A stretch of 64,000 nucleotides of DNA from Gemmatimonadota bacterium (GTDB taxonomy: Bacteria; Gemmatimonadota; Gemmatimonadetes; Palauibacterales; KS3-K002), in the NCBI GenBank assembly GCA_039586795.1, contig JBDHJS010000011.1:1-64000 (forward strand). Reading direction: 5' to 3'. Under the pieces are notes generated by a model that worked only from the letters and a program-made list of their open reading frames with translations, was not told the origin of the DNA and searched no databases. The position numbers and the translations under genes were made by a program. This document shows, piece after piece, positions 55,198 through 64,000 of the stretch (the stretch's first letter is position 1; every line of letters starts with the position of its first letter).

Positions 55198-55596
55198 TCA
55201 CTTGGCCTTTGAGATTCGCACAGGGCCGAAGACGCCGGTCACATAGATCTCGTTCTCGTTGAGCGGGATGAGAATGCCCCCAGCGGTGTTGAAGATTGGG
55301 CTGGTGCCGAGAATCACCTTGCCGACCTCCTCGCCGGTGTCCCAGTCGACATGCACGAGGCTGTAGACCCCACCCTCCACCGGAGTGAGCGTCACGGTGT
55401 TGCTGGCGGCGGAGACGGGATGGAGGGCCCACTGGAGAGAATAGTTCACTTTCCAGTCGCTCTTGAGCGAAGCTGTTTTTGAATCCCAGCTCCACTTCTC
55501 GGCCCCCACCGTGGCTTCCCGGGTGACTCCGGCCGCGAGCACCGTCTCGAATACCGCCACTGGGCCGAGGGTCCAGGTAATCCCCAGCGGACTCAT
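55198..55596 (-). pseudogene. Probable 3' remnant of a larger beta-rich protein
   Basis: Protein-like C-terminus (DWDTGE...ILG.SPIFN...GVFGPVRI) with no signal peptide or clear RBS, starting 10 bp after the upstream stop. Confidence 0.5.
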
Positions 55597-55606
55597 TTGA
55601 CCACCG

Positions 55607-56203
55607 TCATCCTAGCTTCCGCGACCCGAGTGCGACCTGCGTGTCGGCGCCCCAGTTGAAATACCAACCCGCCGCATCCATGAAGCCCGTATCGAGGGGC
55701 TGCACCTTATCGGAGTCGACGATCTGCAACGTCCCCATCGTCGGCAGCGACGTGAGCGGCTGGTACACCGTCATGCGGTTGCCTTCCAATTCCTCGACGA
55801 TGAACGCGACAGTGCTCACTCCGGGTCCCAAGTCAAGGAGCGCCGGCTTCATGTTCCTCAACTCTTCGCCGGCCAGCTGATGCGTGATATTGCGTACGAC
55901 GCGGTAGGGCGGGAAGCGATTGAAGTATTCGCGCTCGATCCAGCCGCCGAGCCACCTTGCCGGCGCGGTGTCCTTCAGCATCCCGATCAGAACGAAGATC
56001 AGAAACAGGAAGGTGAGGATGGCCAGCTGACGTCCCGTAGGGCTTAGCATACCGAAGCGCGGAATCAAGTCTTGCAGTGGTTGCGTCAGCAAGACGGTAA
56101 GATCGTAGAACCCGCCGATCAGCAGGTAGGCAAGAAGGAACGGGAGCAGGATAAGAAAGCCGCTCACGAACTTCCTGCCGAGCGTACTCAGGAAGCCGCC
56201 CAT
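55607..56203 (-). CDS. DUF502 family membrane protein
   Basis: F.SGF.ILLP, two TM, PPY..VR, F.VEE, TVY.P...P..G. Confidence 0.75.
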   Translation of the reverse strand: MGGFLSTLGRKFVSGFLILLPFLLAYLLIGGFYDLTVLLTQPLQDLIPRFGMLSPTGRQLAILTFLFLIFVLIGMLKDTAPARWLGGWIEREYFNRFPPYRVVRNITHQLAGEELRNMKPALLDLGPGVSTVAFIVEELEGNRMTVYQPLTSLPTMGTLQIVDSDKVQPLDTGFMDAAGWYFNWGADTQVALGSRKLG

Positions 56204-56391
56204 GGTCGGTCATCCCTTTCGGTTGAGCGCGTCTCGGCCGTAGCAAGCGTGTTGGGGCCTGAAGGGAATGTGTGAGAAGTGATTCTAGCAGACTTCGCGT
56301 GCCGCAGGCAAGAGACCTACCGGTCTGTTACAGGATCGTTTAAATCGGGCACGAACCGAACGAAGGGAAGCGCTTCCTGCTCGCGGATCGG

Positions 56392-58758
56392 TTAGAACGA
56401 CGTGTGTTCGGTGCGGGCGATGATCTCGTCCTGGAGGGCTTTGCCGAGGTCGCAGAAGTAGTCGCTGTAGCCGGCGACACGGACGATGAGGTCCCGGTGC
56501 TTATCGGGCTCGGCCTGGGCGGCGCGCAGCGTGGCGGCATCGATGACGTTGAACTGGATGTGGTGGCCGTCCAGCTTGAAATAGGAGCGAACGAGGTGCA
56601 CGAACTTCTCGAGCCCCTCTTCGCCGTCCATCAGGCTTGGTGTAAGCTTCTGGTTGAGGAGGGTTCCTCCCGTACGCGCATGGTCCATCTTCGACGCGGA
56701 TTTCAGCACCGCGGTTGGGCCATTCCGGTCGGCGCCCTGCACCGGCGAGATTCCTTCGGAAAGTGGTTCCGATGCTTTGCGGCCGTCCGCCGATGCGCCG
56801 CACACCGAGCCGAAGTAGATGTGGCACGTCGTGGGCAGCAGGTTGACGTGGTACTTGCCGCCGCGGGTGTTGGGTCGCCCGTCGATTGTCTCGAAATAGG
56901 CCTCGAAGATTTCCTGCATGACTGAATCCGCACAGTCATCATCGTTGCCGTACTTCGGCGTCCGATTCAGCAGCAGCTTCTTTAGGCGGTCGTGTCCCTC
57001 GAAGTCGTTCATTAACGCCTCGAGCAACTCCGTCATCGTCACTGATTTCTCTTCGAACACATGGTGCTTGATGGCGGTCATTGCATCGGTGATCGTGCCG
57101 AGGCCGACGCCCTGGACATACGAGGTGTTGTAGCGAGCGCCGCCGTCGTGGTAGTCCTTTCCGTTCGCGATGCAATCGTCGATCAGTAACGACAAGAAGG
57201 GAGTCGGTATATACGTGGCCCACAATCGCTCGATAACGTTGTTGCCGCGCATTTTGATGTCGACAAAGTGGCGCAGCTGTTTCTTGTATGCTTCGAAGAA
57301 CTCCTCGAATCTGTCAAACGCCCTCGGGTCACCTGTTTCGATCCCGATCCGCTTTCCGGTACGCGGGTCGATCCCGTTGTTGAGCGTGATCTCGAGCACC
57401 TTCGGCATGTTGAAGTAGCCGGTCAGGTTGTAGTTCTCTTTCCCGAACGCGCCCACCTCAACGCAACCACTGGAGCCGCCGTTACGAGCGTCCTCCACCG
57501 ACTTACCCTGCCGCACGAGCTCCTGGACAATCAGGTCGGCGTTGAAGATCGATGGCTGTCCAAAGCCGGTTTTGATGATCCTTCCCGCCCGCTTGAGGAA
57601 ACGATCGGGGTTCATCTTGGAGAGCTGAACCGACGAGCTTGGCTGCACCAGCCGCATCTCCTCGATGACGTCGAGCATCAGATAGGTGACGTCATTGACC
57701 GCGTCCGTGCCGTCTTCGTTGATCCCGCCCGTGTTGATCTGAGCGAAGTCGGTATAGGTGTTGCTCTCCTCGGCCGTGACACCGACCTTCGGCGGCGCCG
57801 GTTGGTTGTTGAACTTGATCCAGAAGCACTGAAGCAGCTCGCGCGCCCGTTCCTCGGTGAGGGTCCCGTCGTCAAGCCCCTTCTTGTAGAACGGATAGAG
57901 ATGACGATCCAGGTGGCCCGGGTTGAACGCATCCCACGTGTTGAGCTCGGTGATCACGCCCAGGTGTACGAACCAGTAGTGCTGCAACGCTTCCCAGAAG
58001 TCCCGCGGCGGGTGCAAGGGCACGTGGGTGCAGATATCGACCATCCGCTCCAACTCGGCCTTTCGCTCCGGATCGCGGGTCTTGTGCGCCAGGTCGCGGA
58101 TCTTCTCGGCGTGTCGCTCGGCGTAACGAGATAGGGCTTGCGCGGCGACCTTCATTGCCTTGAGTTGCTGCTCCTTAGCGTAAGCCTCCGGATCGTTCAG
58201 CCAGTCGAGGGCCTCGATCCGCGCATTGATGTCTTCCTTGAAGTTGCCCAGACCCTTCGGATAGATCTTGTCGTCGAGCACGGTATGCCCGGGTGCCCGC
58301 TGCTCCATAAACTCGGTGAAGATCCCGGCCTCGTATGCGGCTTTCCACTCCTCCGTCATCTCTGACATGATGACGTCGCGCAGCGAGCGATTCTTCCAGA
58401 ACGGGATCATCCGGCGCTCGAAGAGCGTCCGGGTCCGATCATCGACCGAGAACGAAACCTTCTCCCGCGAGTCGAGGATTTCGAGGTCCTGAAGGCTGTG
58501 GCAGCATACTTCTGGATACGTCGGCGTCGCCTTCGGCGCCGGTCCGCGCTCGCCGACGATCAACTCGCCCTCTTCGATGAAGATCTCTTTGTTTTCCAGA
58601 ATGTGTTTGAAGGCAAGCGCACGCCGCATGGGCGCGGAGAGCGTGCCGTGGTCCTGCTCGTAGAACTCCGTTATCAGCTCGGCCCGCTCCGACGAAACGC
58701 TGGGCTGGGCTCCGAGGCTCAGCTTCCGAAGCTTCTTTACCCTATCGCTGAGACTCAT
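56392..58758 (-). CDS. hypD: Glycyl radical enzyme, trans-4-hydroxy-L-proline dehydratase
   Basis: MEQRAPGHTV, WDAFNPG, ESNTYTDF, SGCVE, LTGY, LPTTCH, RVAGYS match the HypD active-site motifs. Confidence 0.9.
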   Translation of the reverse strand: MSLSDRVKKLRKLSLGAQPSVSSERAELITEFYEQDHGTLSAPMRRALAFKHILENKEIFIEEGELIVGERGPAPKATPTYPEVCCHSLQDLEILDSREKVSFSVDDRTRTLFERRMIPFWKNRSLRDVIMSEMTEEWKAAYEAGIFTEFMEQRAPGHTVLDDKIYPKGLGNFKEDINARIEALDWLNDPEAYAKEQQLKAMKVAAQALSRYAERHAEKIRDLAHKTRDPERKAELERMVDICTHVPLHPPRDFWEALQHYWFVHLGVITELNTWDAFNPGHLDRHLYPFYKKGLDDGTLTEERARELLQCFWIKFNNQPAPPKVGVTAEESNTYTDFAQINTGGINEDGTDAVNDVTYLMLDVIEEMRLVQPSSSVQLSKMNPDRFLKRAGRIIKTGFGQPSIFNADLIVQELVRQGKSVEDARNGGSSGCVEVGAFGKENYNLTGYFNMPKVLEITLNNGIDPRTGKRIGIETGDPRAFDRFEEFFEAYKKQLRHFVDIKMRGNNVIERLWATYIPTPFLSLLIDDCIANGKDYHDGGARYNTSYVQGVGLGTITDAMTAIKHHVFEEKSVTMTELLEALMNDFEGHDRLKKLLLNRTPKYGNDDDCADSVMQEIFEAYFETIDGRPNTRGGKYHVNLLPTTCHIYFGSVCGASADGRKASEPLSEGISPVQGADRNGPTAVLKSASKMDHARTGGTLLNQKLTPSLMDGEEGLEKFVHLVRSYFKLDGHHIQFNVIDAATLRAAQAEPDKHRDLIVRVAGYSDYFCDLGKALQDEIIARTEHTSF

Positions 58759-59669
58759 GGCCGCTCACCCCTCACAGTTACATCCAGTTCGTATACTTCC
58801 AATTGCCTCACGACTTCTACTATAAGTTCCCGAGCCGGCGGTTCGAGAGCGGGGAGCTTGTGCTCCCGATCGAGCCGTCCGTACTTCTCGACGCCAATCC
58901 TGTGATACGGGAGAATGTCCACGGGATACTTCGACGGCAACTCAGAAAGAAAAGTTCCCATAGCGCTCACGTTTTCCGCATCGTCGTTGATACCGGGATG
59001 AAGCGGAAAACGCACGATCGCGTGCCCATCGTTCTCGGCCAACCAGCGCAGGTTCTCATGAATCGAACGGTTCGATTGACCCGTGAACTCGGTATGCCGG
59101 TGATCGTCCATCACCTTCAGGTCAAACAGGAAGATATCGACTCGCTTCGCCACGCGCCTGAAGATGTTCGGCGCGATGTTTCCGGATGTGTCCACCGCCG
59201 TCCGAATCCCACGCGCTTTGCACCCGTCGAGCAAGCCGATGAGGAATTCCGGTTGATGCAGCGGTTCGCCCCCGGAGAACGTGACGCCGCCTCCCGACTC
59301 GTCGTAGTAAATCGTGTCCTTCTCGATCTCTTCCAGCACGTCTTCAACGCTGACTTCACGACCGACAATCTCGATCGCTCCGCTGAGACAGACGTCGGCA
59401 CAGGCGCCGCACAGATCGCAACGAGCGCGATCGATTCGCACGGCTGTTCCGTTCTTGGAAATGGCGATTGGAGCACAGACGTCGATGCAGTCACCGCAAA
59501 GATCGCAGCGACTCTCCCTCAGCATCAACTCCGGCTCGAACTTCTGACTCTCCGGATTGTGACAAAGCCAGCAGCCCAGCGGGCAGCCCTTGAGGAATAC
59601 AGTCGTACGAAGGCCCGGTCCGTCGTGGATGGCGAACTTCTTGATGTCGAAGATGGTACCGCTGTTCAA
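58755..59669 (-). CDS. Glycyl radical enzyme activating protein
   Basis: HDGPGLRTTVFLKGCPLGCWLCHNPE, two ferredoxin motifs, GGVTFSGGEP; overlaps the hypD start. Confidence 0.95.
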   Translation of the reverse strand: MNSGTIFDIKKFAIHDGPGLRTTVFLKGCPLGCWLCHNPESQKFEPELMLRESRCDLCGDCIDVCAPIAISKNGTAVRIDRARCDLCGACADVCLSGAIEIVGREVSVEDVLEEIEKDTIYYDESGGGVTFSGGEPLHQPEFLIGLLDGCKARGIRTAVDTSGNIAPNIFRRVAKRVDIFLFDLKVMDDHRHTEFTGQSNRSIHENLRWLAENDGHAIVRFPLHPGINDDAENVSAMGTFLSELPSKYPVDILPYHRIGVEKYGRLDREHKLPALEPPARELIVEVVRQLEVYELDVTVRGERP

Positions 59670-59748
59670 TAGATATACCCCAGTTCGTAGACGAACTCTG
59701 CCCAGCCCGCCCTGGGGGATTCAGTTGGGGCTAATGTGGATTATTACA

Positions 59749-59757
59749 ACTATATCA
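59749..59757 (-). promoter_or_regulatory. Candidate extended -10 promoter for the activase-hypD pair
   Basis: TGATATAGT in an AT-rich patch about 80 bp upstream of the start. Confidence 0.35.
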
Positions 59758-59832
59758 GAATTCCGCCATGCGCAAAGACAGCCGCCTTAACGCATTGCAC
59801 CCCAACGTCTTAGGCCCTCTGTACGCCGGGCT

Positions 59833-62800
59833 TTACAGCGGTTCGTATCGCCAGGTCGGCACGCCGCGCCCCGGCGTCCATGGCGCGCCCGCCGCCTCCA
59901 GCGCGTCCTCCAACGCTGCCAGATCGGTCTCGATCAGCGCCCGCAGCCGCGCCAGCACTTCACCGAACGCCTGTCCCGCCACCTCGTAGTTCCGCTGGTG
60001 CGTCGTGGTCGGTGCCGCGCTGCTCCAGAATCCGCCCACAGCACGCTGCACGCGCCGAGTGATCGACGGCGGTATGTACTCAGCCCGGCTAGAGATCGTC
60101 CGGTCGCCCTGCAGGTCCACCTGGATATCCAAAAGCTGCTTCTCCAGCGACCTGATCTGCTCGAGAAGCGCTGCATCCGCCGCCGGCGCATCCATCACCG
60201 CCTGCTTCGCGTAGCTCAGCTCTTCCAGCGTCTGATCGACCACCTGATTGGCGCCGAGCACCGCGCGCTGTAGTCGCCCCAGTTTGTTTCTGAACTCGAG
60301 GAGCGCCGCCTGGTCGGCGGCGGCGAGCGTCGCGAGACCAAGCGGCTTCGCCTCGAAGATCTGAGGTGCGCCCATCGGCGTTAGCACTCCGTCGACGACC
60401 TTGCCCAGCTGAACGGTGTAGGCGCCGGGCATCGCCATTGGGCCGGACTGATCGCTCCCCGGCCGCGAGGGTCGGAATCCAGAATAGCGCAGGTCCCACG
60501 CAACGCGATGGATCCCGGAGGAAGACCGCCCTCTGATTCTGCGCACCACGTTTCCGTCACTGTCGGTGACAGTGAGGATGATCACGGGAGCCTCTTCACG
60601 ATCTTCTTCCCGCAACTCATCCCAGCTTGGGTAGTATACCGGCTCCCCTTCCCTGCGCAGGTTCGCCTCATGGCGCTGCCGGCGTTGCTTTGCCGTTTCC
60701 AACCCGTCTTTCAGGTAGTAGGTGAAGATGGCTCCGAAGGACGGATTGGGCGCCGTATAGAACGAGTGCCCCTGCGAGCCCTTCTGGCTGTATCCCATCG
60801 GGCCTGCCGGGATGTACATCAGAGCGTCTTTGACCGGGAAGATGTGCGCCTCTTCGGCGAGCAACGCAGCGTTCACCGCACGCAGCGGTGAGTAATCATC
60901 GAGTATGTAGATCCCGCGACCAAACGATGCGGCAACGAGATCGTTCTCCCGGCGTTGAATTTCCAGGTCGCGGAACGCGATGGTCGGCACACCGCTCGTC
61001 AACTCGATCCAGTTGCTTCCGCCGTCTAGCGAAGAGAAGAGGCCAAGCTCCGTGCCGACGAATAGCAGGTCCGGATTCACGTGATCTTCCTGGATCGACC
61101 ACGTTACGTGTCGCTCCGGAAGGTTACCGGCGATCGAGCTCCAACTGCGACCCTTGTCGGTGCTCTTGAGCACATAGGGGCTGAAGTCGCCTTCTTTGTG
61201 GTTGTTGAAGACGGCGTAGACCGTGTTCACATCGTTACGCGACGCGAGCACGTCGGCCACGTACGTCATGTCAGGCACCCCGGGAAAACGATCGACTCTT
61301 CTCCAGGTCGCGCCATCGTCTTCGCTCACCTGGATCAGCCCATCGTCCGTGCCAACGTAGAGTAACCCTTCCTGCAGCGGCGATTCATCCAGCGACACGA
61401 TCGTCCCGAACGGAGAGGTAAAGACGTTCTTCCACACCGCGTCAACGCCCCAAACGGTACCCATCACCTCGCGACGATTGCGGTCCATCCCGCGGCTCAG
61501 GTCGGGGCTGATCGCCTCCCAAGTGTTCGCCCGGTCGTCACTTTTATATAGACGGTTCGCCGCGAAGTAGAGCCGCGTCGGCGAGAACGGGCTGATGATC
61601 AGCGGCGAGTCCCAGTGCCAGCGGAGCGCCGGCTCACCGGGCTCCGGCTGCGGTTGGATGTCCAGCCGCTCGCCACTGGCCCGGTCGTAGCGCACGATCC
61701 CGGCGTACTGCGACTGCGAGTACAGAATGTCGGGGTTGCCGGGTTCGACCCGGGTCTGGAATCCGTCGCCGCCTACCGTGATGATCCAGTCGCTGTTGCG
61801 GATGCCGTGCAAGTTGTTGGTGCGTGACGGGCCGCCCAGCGTCGAGTTGTCCTGTGTACCGCAGTAGACGTTGTAGAAGGGCACGTCGTCATCGATGCCG
61901 ACGCGATAGCACTGGGTGATGGGCATGTTCGAGATGAACTTCCACGTATCGCCGCGATCCCACGACTCATAGATACCGCCGTCACTTCCCACCATCAGGT
62001 AATCGGGATCGTGGGGGTCGAACACGAGGGCATGGTTATCGACGTGCTTGAACCGCGAGCCCAACCGTTCGAAAGTGCGACCGCCATCTTCCGTGTAGTG
62101 AATCATCACGTCCATTGCATAGACGCGATCGAACTTGTGGGGGTCGGCGAAAATCTCGCCGTAGTACTGGGGATCGACGACGATGTAATCGCTCATCTTC
62201 TCCCAGCGCTCGCCGCGGTTCGACGAACGGAAGAACCCGCTTCTGTCATCGGCCGCCGCGACCAATGCATAGACCACGTCAGGGTGCTGGGGCGAGACGG
62301 CGATGGCGATGCGACCCAGGTCGACCGAGGGGATGCCGTTCATCACCTTCTTCCAGGTCGCGCCCCCGTCAATCGTCTTGTAGATCGCGGACTCGGGACC
62401 GCCGGCCACGAGCACTCCGACGTGTCGGCGCCGCTGGTACGACACGGCGTAGATTACGTCCGGGTTGCGAGGATCGAAGGCCAGGTCGGCGATGCCGGTG
62501 TTCTCGCTGATCTCCAGCACGAGCTGCCACGTCGCTCCGCCATCCGGCGTCCGGTACAAGCCCCGGTCACCGCCCGGCGCCCAGAGCGGGCCCTGCGCGG
62601 CGACGTACACCACATCGCTGTCGCGCGGGTCGATGAGGATCTTGCCGATGTGCTCCGAGTTCTCGAGTCCGACATTCGTCCAACTGCGTCCGCCATCGAG
62701 ACTCTTGTAGATGCCATCGCCGTAGCCGGCGCTCCGCTGACTGGCGTTCTCACCCGTACCGAGCCACAACACATCCGGGTCATTCGGGTCGATGGCGATG

Positions 62801-63090
62801 ACACCCATCGAGTAGGAGCCATAGTCATCGAAGATCGGATCCCACGTCGTCCCGTTGTTTACCGTCTTCCAGACGTTGCCCGACGATACCGCCACGTACC
62901 ATGTACTGGGATTTGTTGGATCTTTGACGATGTCACCGATGCGGCCCGACATGACCGCCGGCCCGATGTTTCTCAACCTCAAGCCGCTAAACGTTCGCGA
63001 AGTCATGCCCTCGGACCCGCGACCCTGTCCGAGTACGGCGTGCGGATTGAGAGCTAGCACCGCGGCGAGCGCCAGAACGACGAATCTCAT
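59833..63090 (-). CDS. Secreted BNR/VPS10-repeat glycosyl hydrolase-like protein
   Basis: RNIGPA.MSGRI, many S.D.G.TW Asp-boxes, HVDNHA, GTQDN, GGDGF, SFGRG; GGAGG RBS before the ATG at 63090. Confidence 0.88.
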   Translation of the reverse strand: MRFVVLALAAVLALNPHAVLGQGRGSEGMTSRTFSGLRLRNIGPAVMSGRIGDIVKDPTNPSTWYVAVSSGNVWKTVNNGTTWDPIFDDYGSYSMGVIAIDPNDPDVLWLGTGENASQRSAGYGDGIYKSLDGGRSWTNVGLENSEHIGKILIDPRDSDVVYVAAQGPLWAPGGDRGLYRTPDGGATWQLVLEISENTGIADLAFDPRNPDVIYAVSYQRRRHVGVLVAGGPESAIYKTIDGGATWKKVMNGIPSVDLGRIAIAVSPQHPDVVYALVAAADDRSGFFRSSNRGERWEKMSDYIVVDPQYYGEIFADPHKFDRVYAMDVMIHYTEDGGRTFERLGSRFKHVDNHALVFDPHDPDYLMVGSDGGIYESWDRGDTWKFISNMPITQCYRVGIDDDVPFYNVYCGTQDNSTLGGPSRTNNLHGIRNSDWIITVGGDGFQTRVEPGNPDILYSQSQYAGIVRYDRASGERLDIQPQPEPGEPALRWHWDSPLIISPFSPTRLYFAANRLYKSDDRANTWEAISPDLSRGMDRNRREVMGTVWGVDAVWKNVFTSPFGTIVSLDESPLQEGLLYVGTDDGLIQVSEDDGATWRRVDRFPGVPDMTYVADVLASRNDVNTVYAVFNNHKEGDFSPYVLKSTDKGRSWSSIAGNLPERHVTWSIQEDHVNPDLLFVGTELGLFSSLDGGSNWIELTSGVPTIAFRDLEIQRRENDLVAASFGRGIYILDDYSPLRAVNAALLAEEAHIFPVKDALMYIPAGPMGYSQKGSQGHSFYTAPNPSFGAIFTYYLKDGLETAKQRRQRHEANLRREGEPVYYPSWDELREEDREEAPVIILTVTDSDGNVVRRIRGRSSSGIHRVAWDLRYSGFRPSRPGSDQSGPMAMPGAYTVQLGKVVDGVLTPMGAPQIFEAKPLGLATLAAADQAALLEFRNKLGRLQRAVLGANQVVDQTLEELSYAKQAVMDAPAADAALLEQIRSLEKQLLDIQVDLQGDRTISSRAEYIPPSITRRVQRAVGGFWSSAAPTTTHQRNYEVAGQAFGEVLARLRALIETDLAALEDALEAAGAPWTPGRGVPTWRYEPL

Positions 63091-63381
63091 ATGTCCCTCC
63101 ATGACGTGCGGGGCTGATCGTCAGGTTCGGATCTTGTCGTGCATGGCTATAGGATGGGGTCTGTCGACCCGGGCGCAACCACCGGCTCGGCGGATCGAAT
63201 CGCTGCGGCTCTCTGGCGCGCGCTGCTACAACTGTCCCGATACGCTACACCTGTTCGCTGGGCCTGCGGGCCCTGATATTCCTTTGCCCAAGCGACTTAC
63301 CGGCCGGGCATGATCTCTGCCCTTACCGTTCCGCGTTCGCATCGAATCATTCATCGAGACCGATAAACTGGAGGAAAGGCC

Positions 63382-64000
63382 GTGTCTGTTTTTGCGCGAG
63401 CAAGAATTCCCGTCCTGGCAGCGGCCGCTGCCTGCACCGCAGTCGCCTGTAGCGACAGCATCGGTCCGGGCGGGACAGCAGCACAGTTCACGCAGGATAT
63501 CACGTTCGAACAATTTGAGGACGCGATAGCGGCGGGAGATCCGGTACGCGTGGAGGCGAAGGTGACTTCGGTTTCCGGCGGTCCCCCGTATGTCTTGCGC
63601 GAACTGGAGATCGAGGAGCTAGAAGACCTGGCGGACCGCGAGGAAGTGAAGAGTCGGGTCACGGAGTTGCAGTCAACCGCTGCGTGCGAAGGCACGCTGG
63701 TTCTGGAGCTCGAGAACGCGGTCGTCGCCTACAATGACGCAACCCGCTTCGAGCGTGACGACGACGGCGACATGACTTGCCAGGAGTTTCTCGACTACAT
63801 CAACGGCGAGCTGGGCGCGGGCCGGCGGCCGGAGATCGAGGCAAAGCGAGAGCCTCGTTTCGACGCTGGGGTCCCCACTCCGCAGGCGCCCGACAATCCC
63901 GTTTTCGACGCGTCGCGCATCGAGGTAGAGGACGAAAGCTCCGATGCCGAGCTGGAGATGAGCATCGACGACGACAATCTCCTCGACTGCAGCACACTGG
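63382..64000 (+). CDS. Acidic hypothetical lipoprotein, 3'-partial; not in the ORF track
   Basis: GGAGG RBS, GTG start, MSVFARARIPVLAAAAACTAVAC-SD lipobox; open to the window end. Confidence 0.8.
   Translation, partial: MSVFARARIPVLAAAAACTAVACSDSIGPGGTAAQFTQDITFEQFEDAIAAGDPVRVEAKVTSVSGGPPYVLRELEIEELEDLADREEVKSRVTELQSTAACEGTLVLELENAVVAYNDATRFERDDDGDMTCQEFLDYINGELGAGRRPEIEAKREPRFDAGVPTPQAPDNPVFDASRIEVEDESSDAELEMSIDDDNLLDCSTL

Noticed and set aside
56392..58758. Pyruvate formate-lyase or choline TMA-lyase
   Set aside because: Single-Cys GCVE rather than the CC of PFL; other motifs match HypD; no microcompartment genes

Overview
GC-rich bacterial DNA, densely coding and mostly on the minus strand. 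The membrane-anchored SARP/TPR proteins and the clade II nos cluster suggest Gemmatimonadota or a similar phylum (inference, not tested). Blocks: (1) 1-12.9 kb, an accessory region with two TPR membrane proteins, a secreted creatininase-family enzyme, a di-heme MauG-like lipoprotein, a CEOS-like/saccharopine dehydrogenase pair, several gene remnants and two pairs of diverged direct repeats. (2) 12.9-28.2 kb, a tightly coupled operon: korA-korB-orfX-rnfB-por-rnfCDGEA-small Cys-rich gene-apbE. OrfX looks like a catalytically dead copy of the PFOR TPP domain, the PFOR carries a tethered C-terminal ferredoxin, and the small gene resembles NqrM. This is the best candidate for an undescribed system, an oxoacid-oxidoreductase/Rnf supercomplex. 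(3) 28.4-35.4 kb, an Rrf2-led clade II nitrous oxide reductase operon lacking nosL but containing an unknown secreted protein. (4) 35.6-40.5 kb, a methyltransferase, AmrS radical SAM and an archaeal-type HMG-CoA synthase/thiolase/DUF35 trio. (5) 40.6-56.2 kb, five outer-membrane barrels, two tandem DUF3604 metallohydrolases, a HupE/UreJ-like fusion, a PPIase and a deletion-broken arylsulfatase. (6) 56.4-64 kb, a HypD glycyl radical enzyme with its activase, a BNR/VPS10 hydrolase and a partial lipoprotein. No rRNA, tRNA, CRISPR array, integrase or transposase was recognised. All family calls come from motif recognition by eye.
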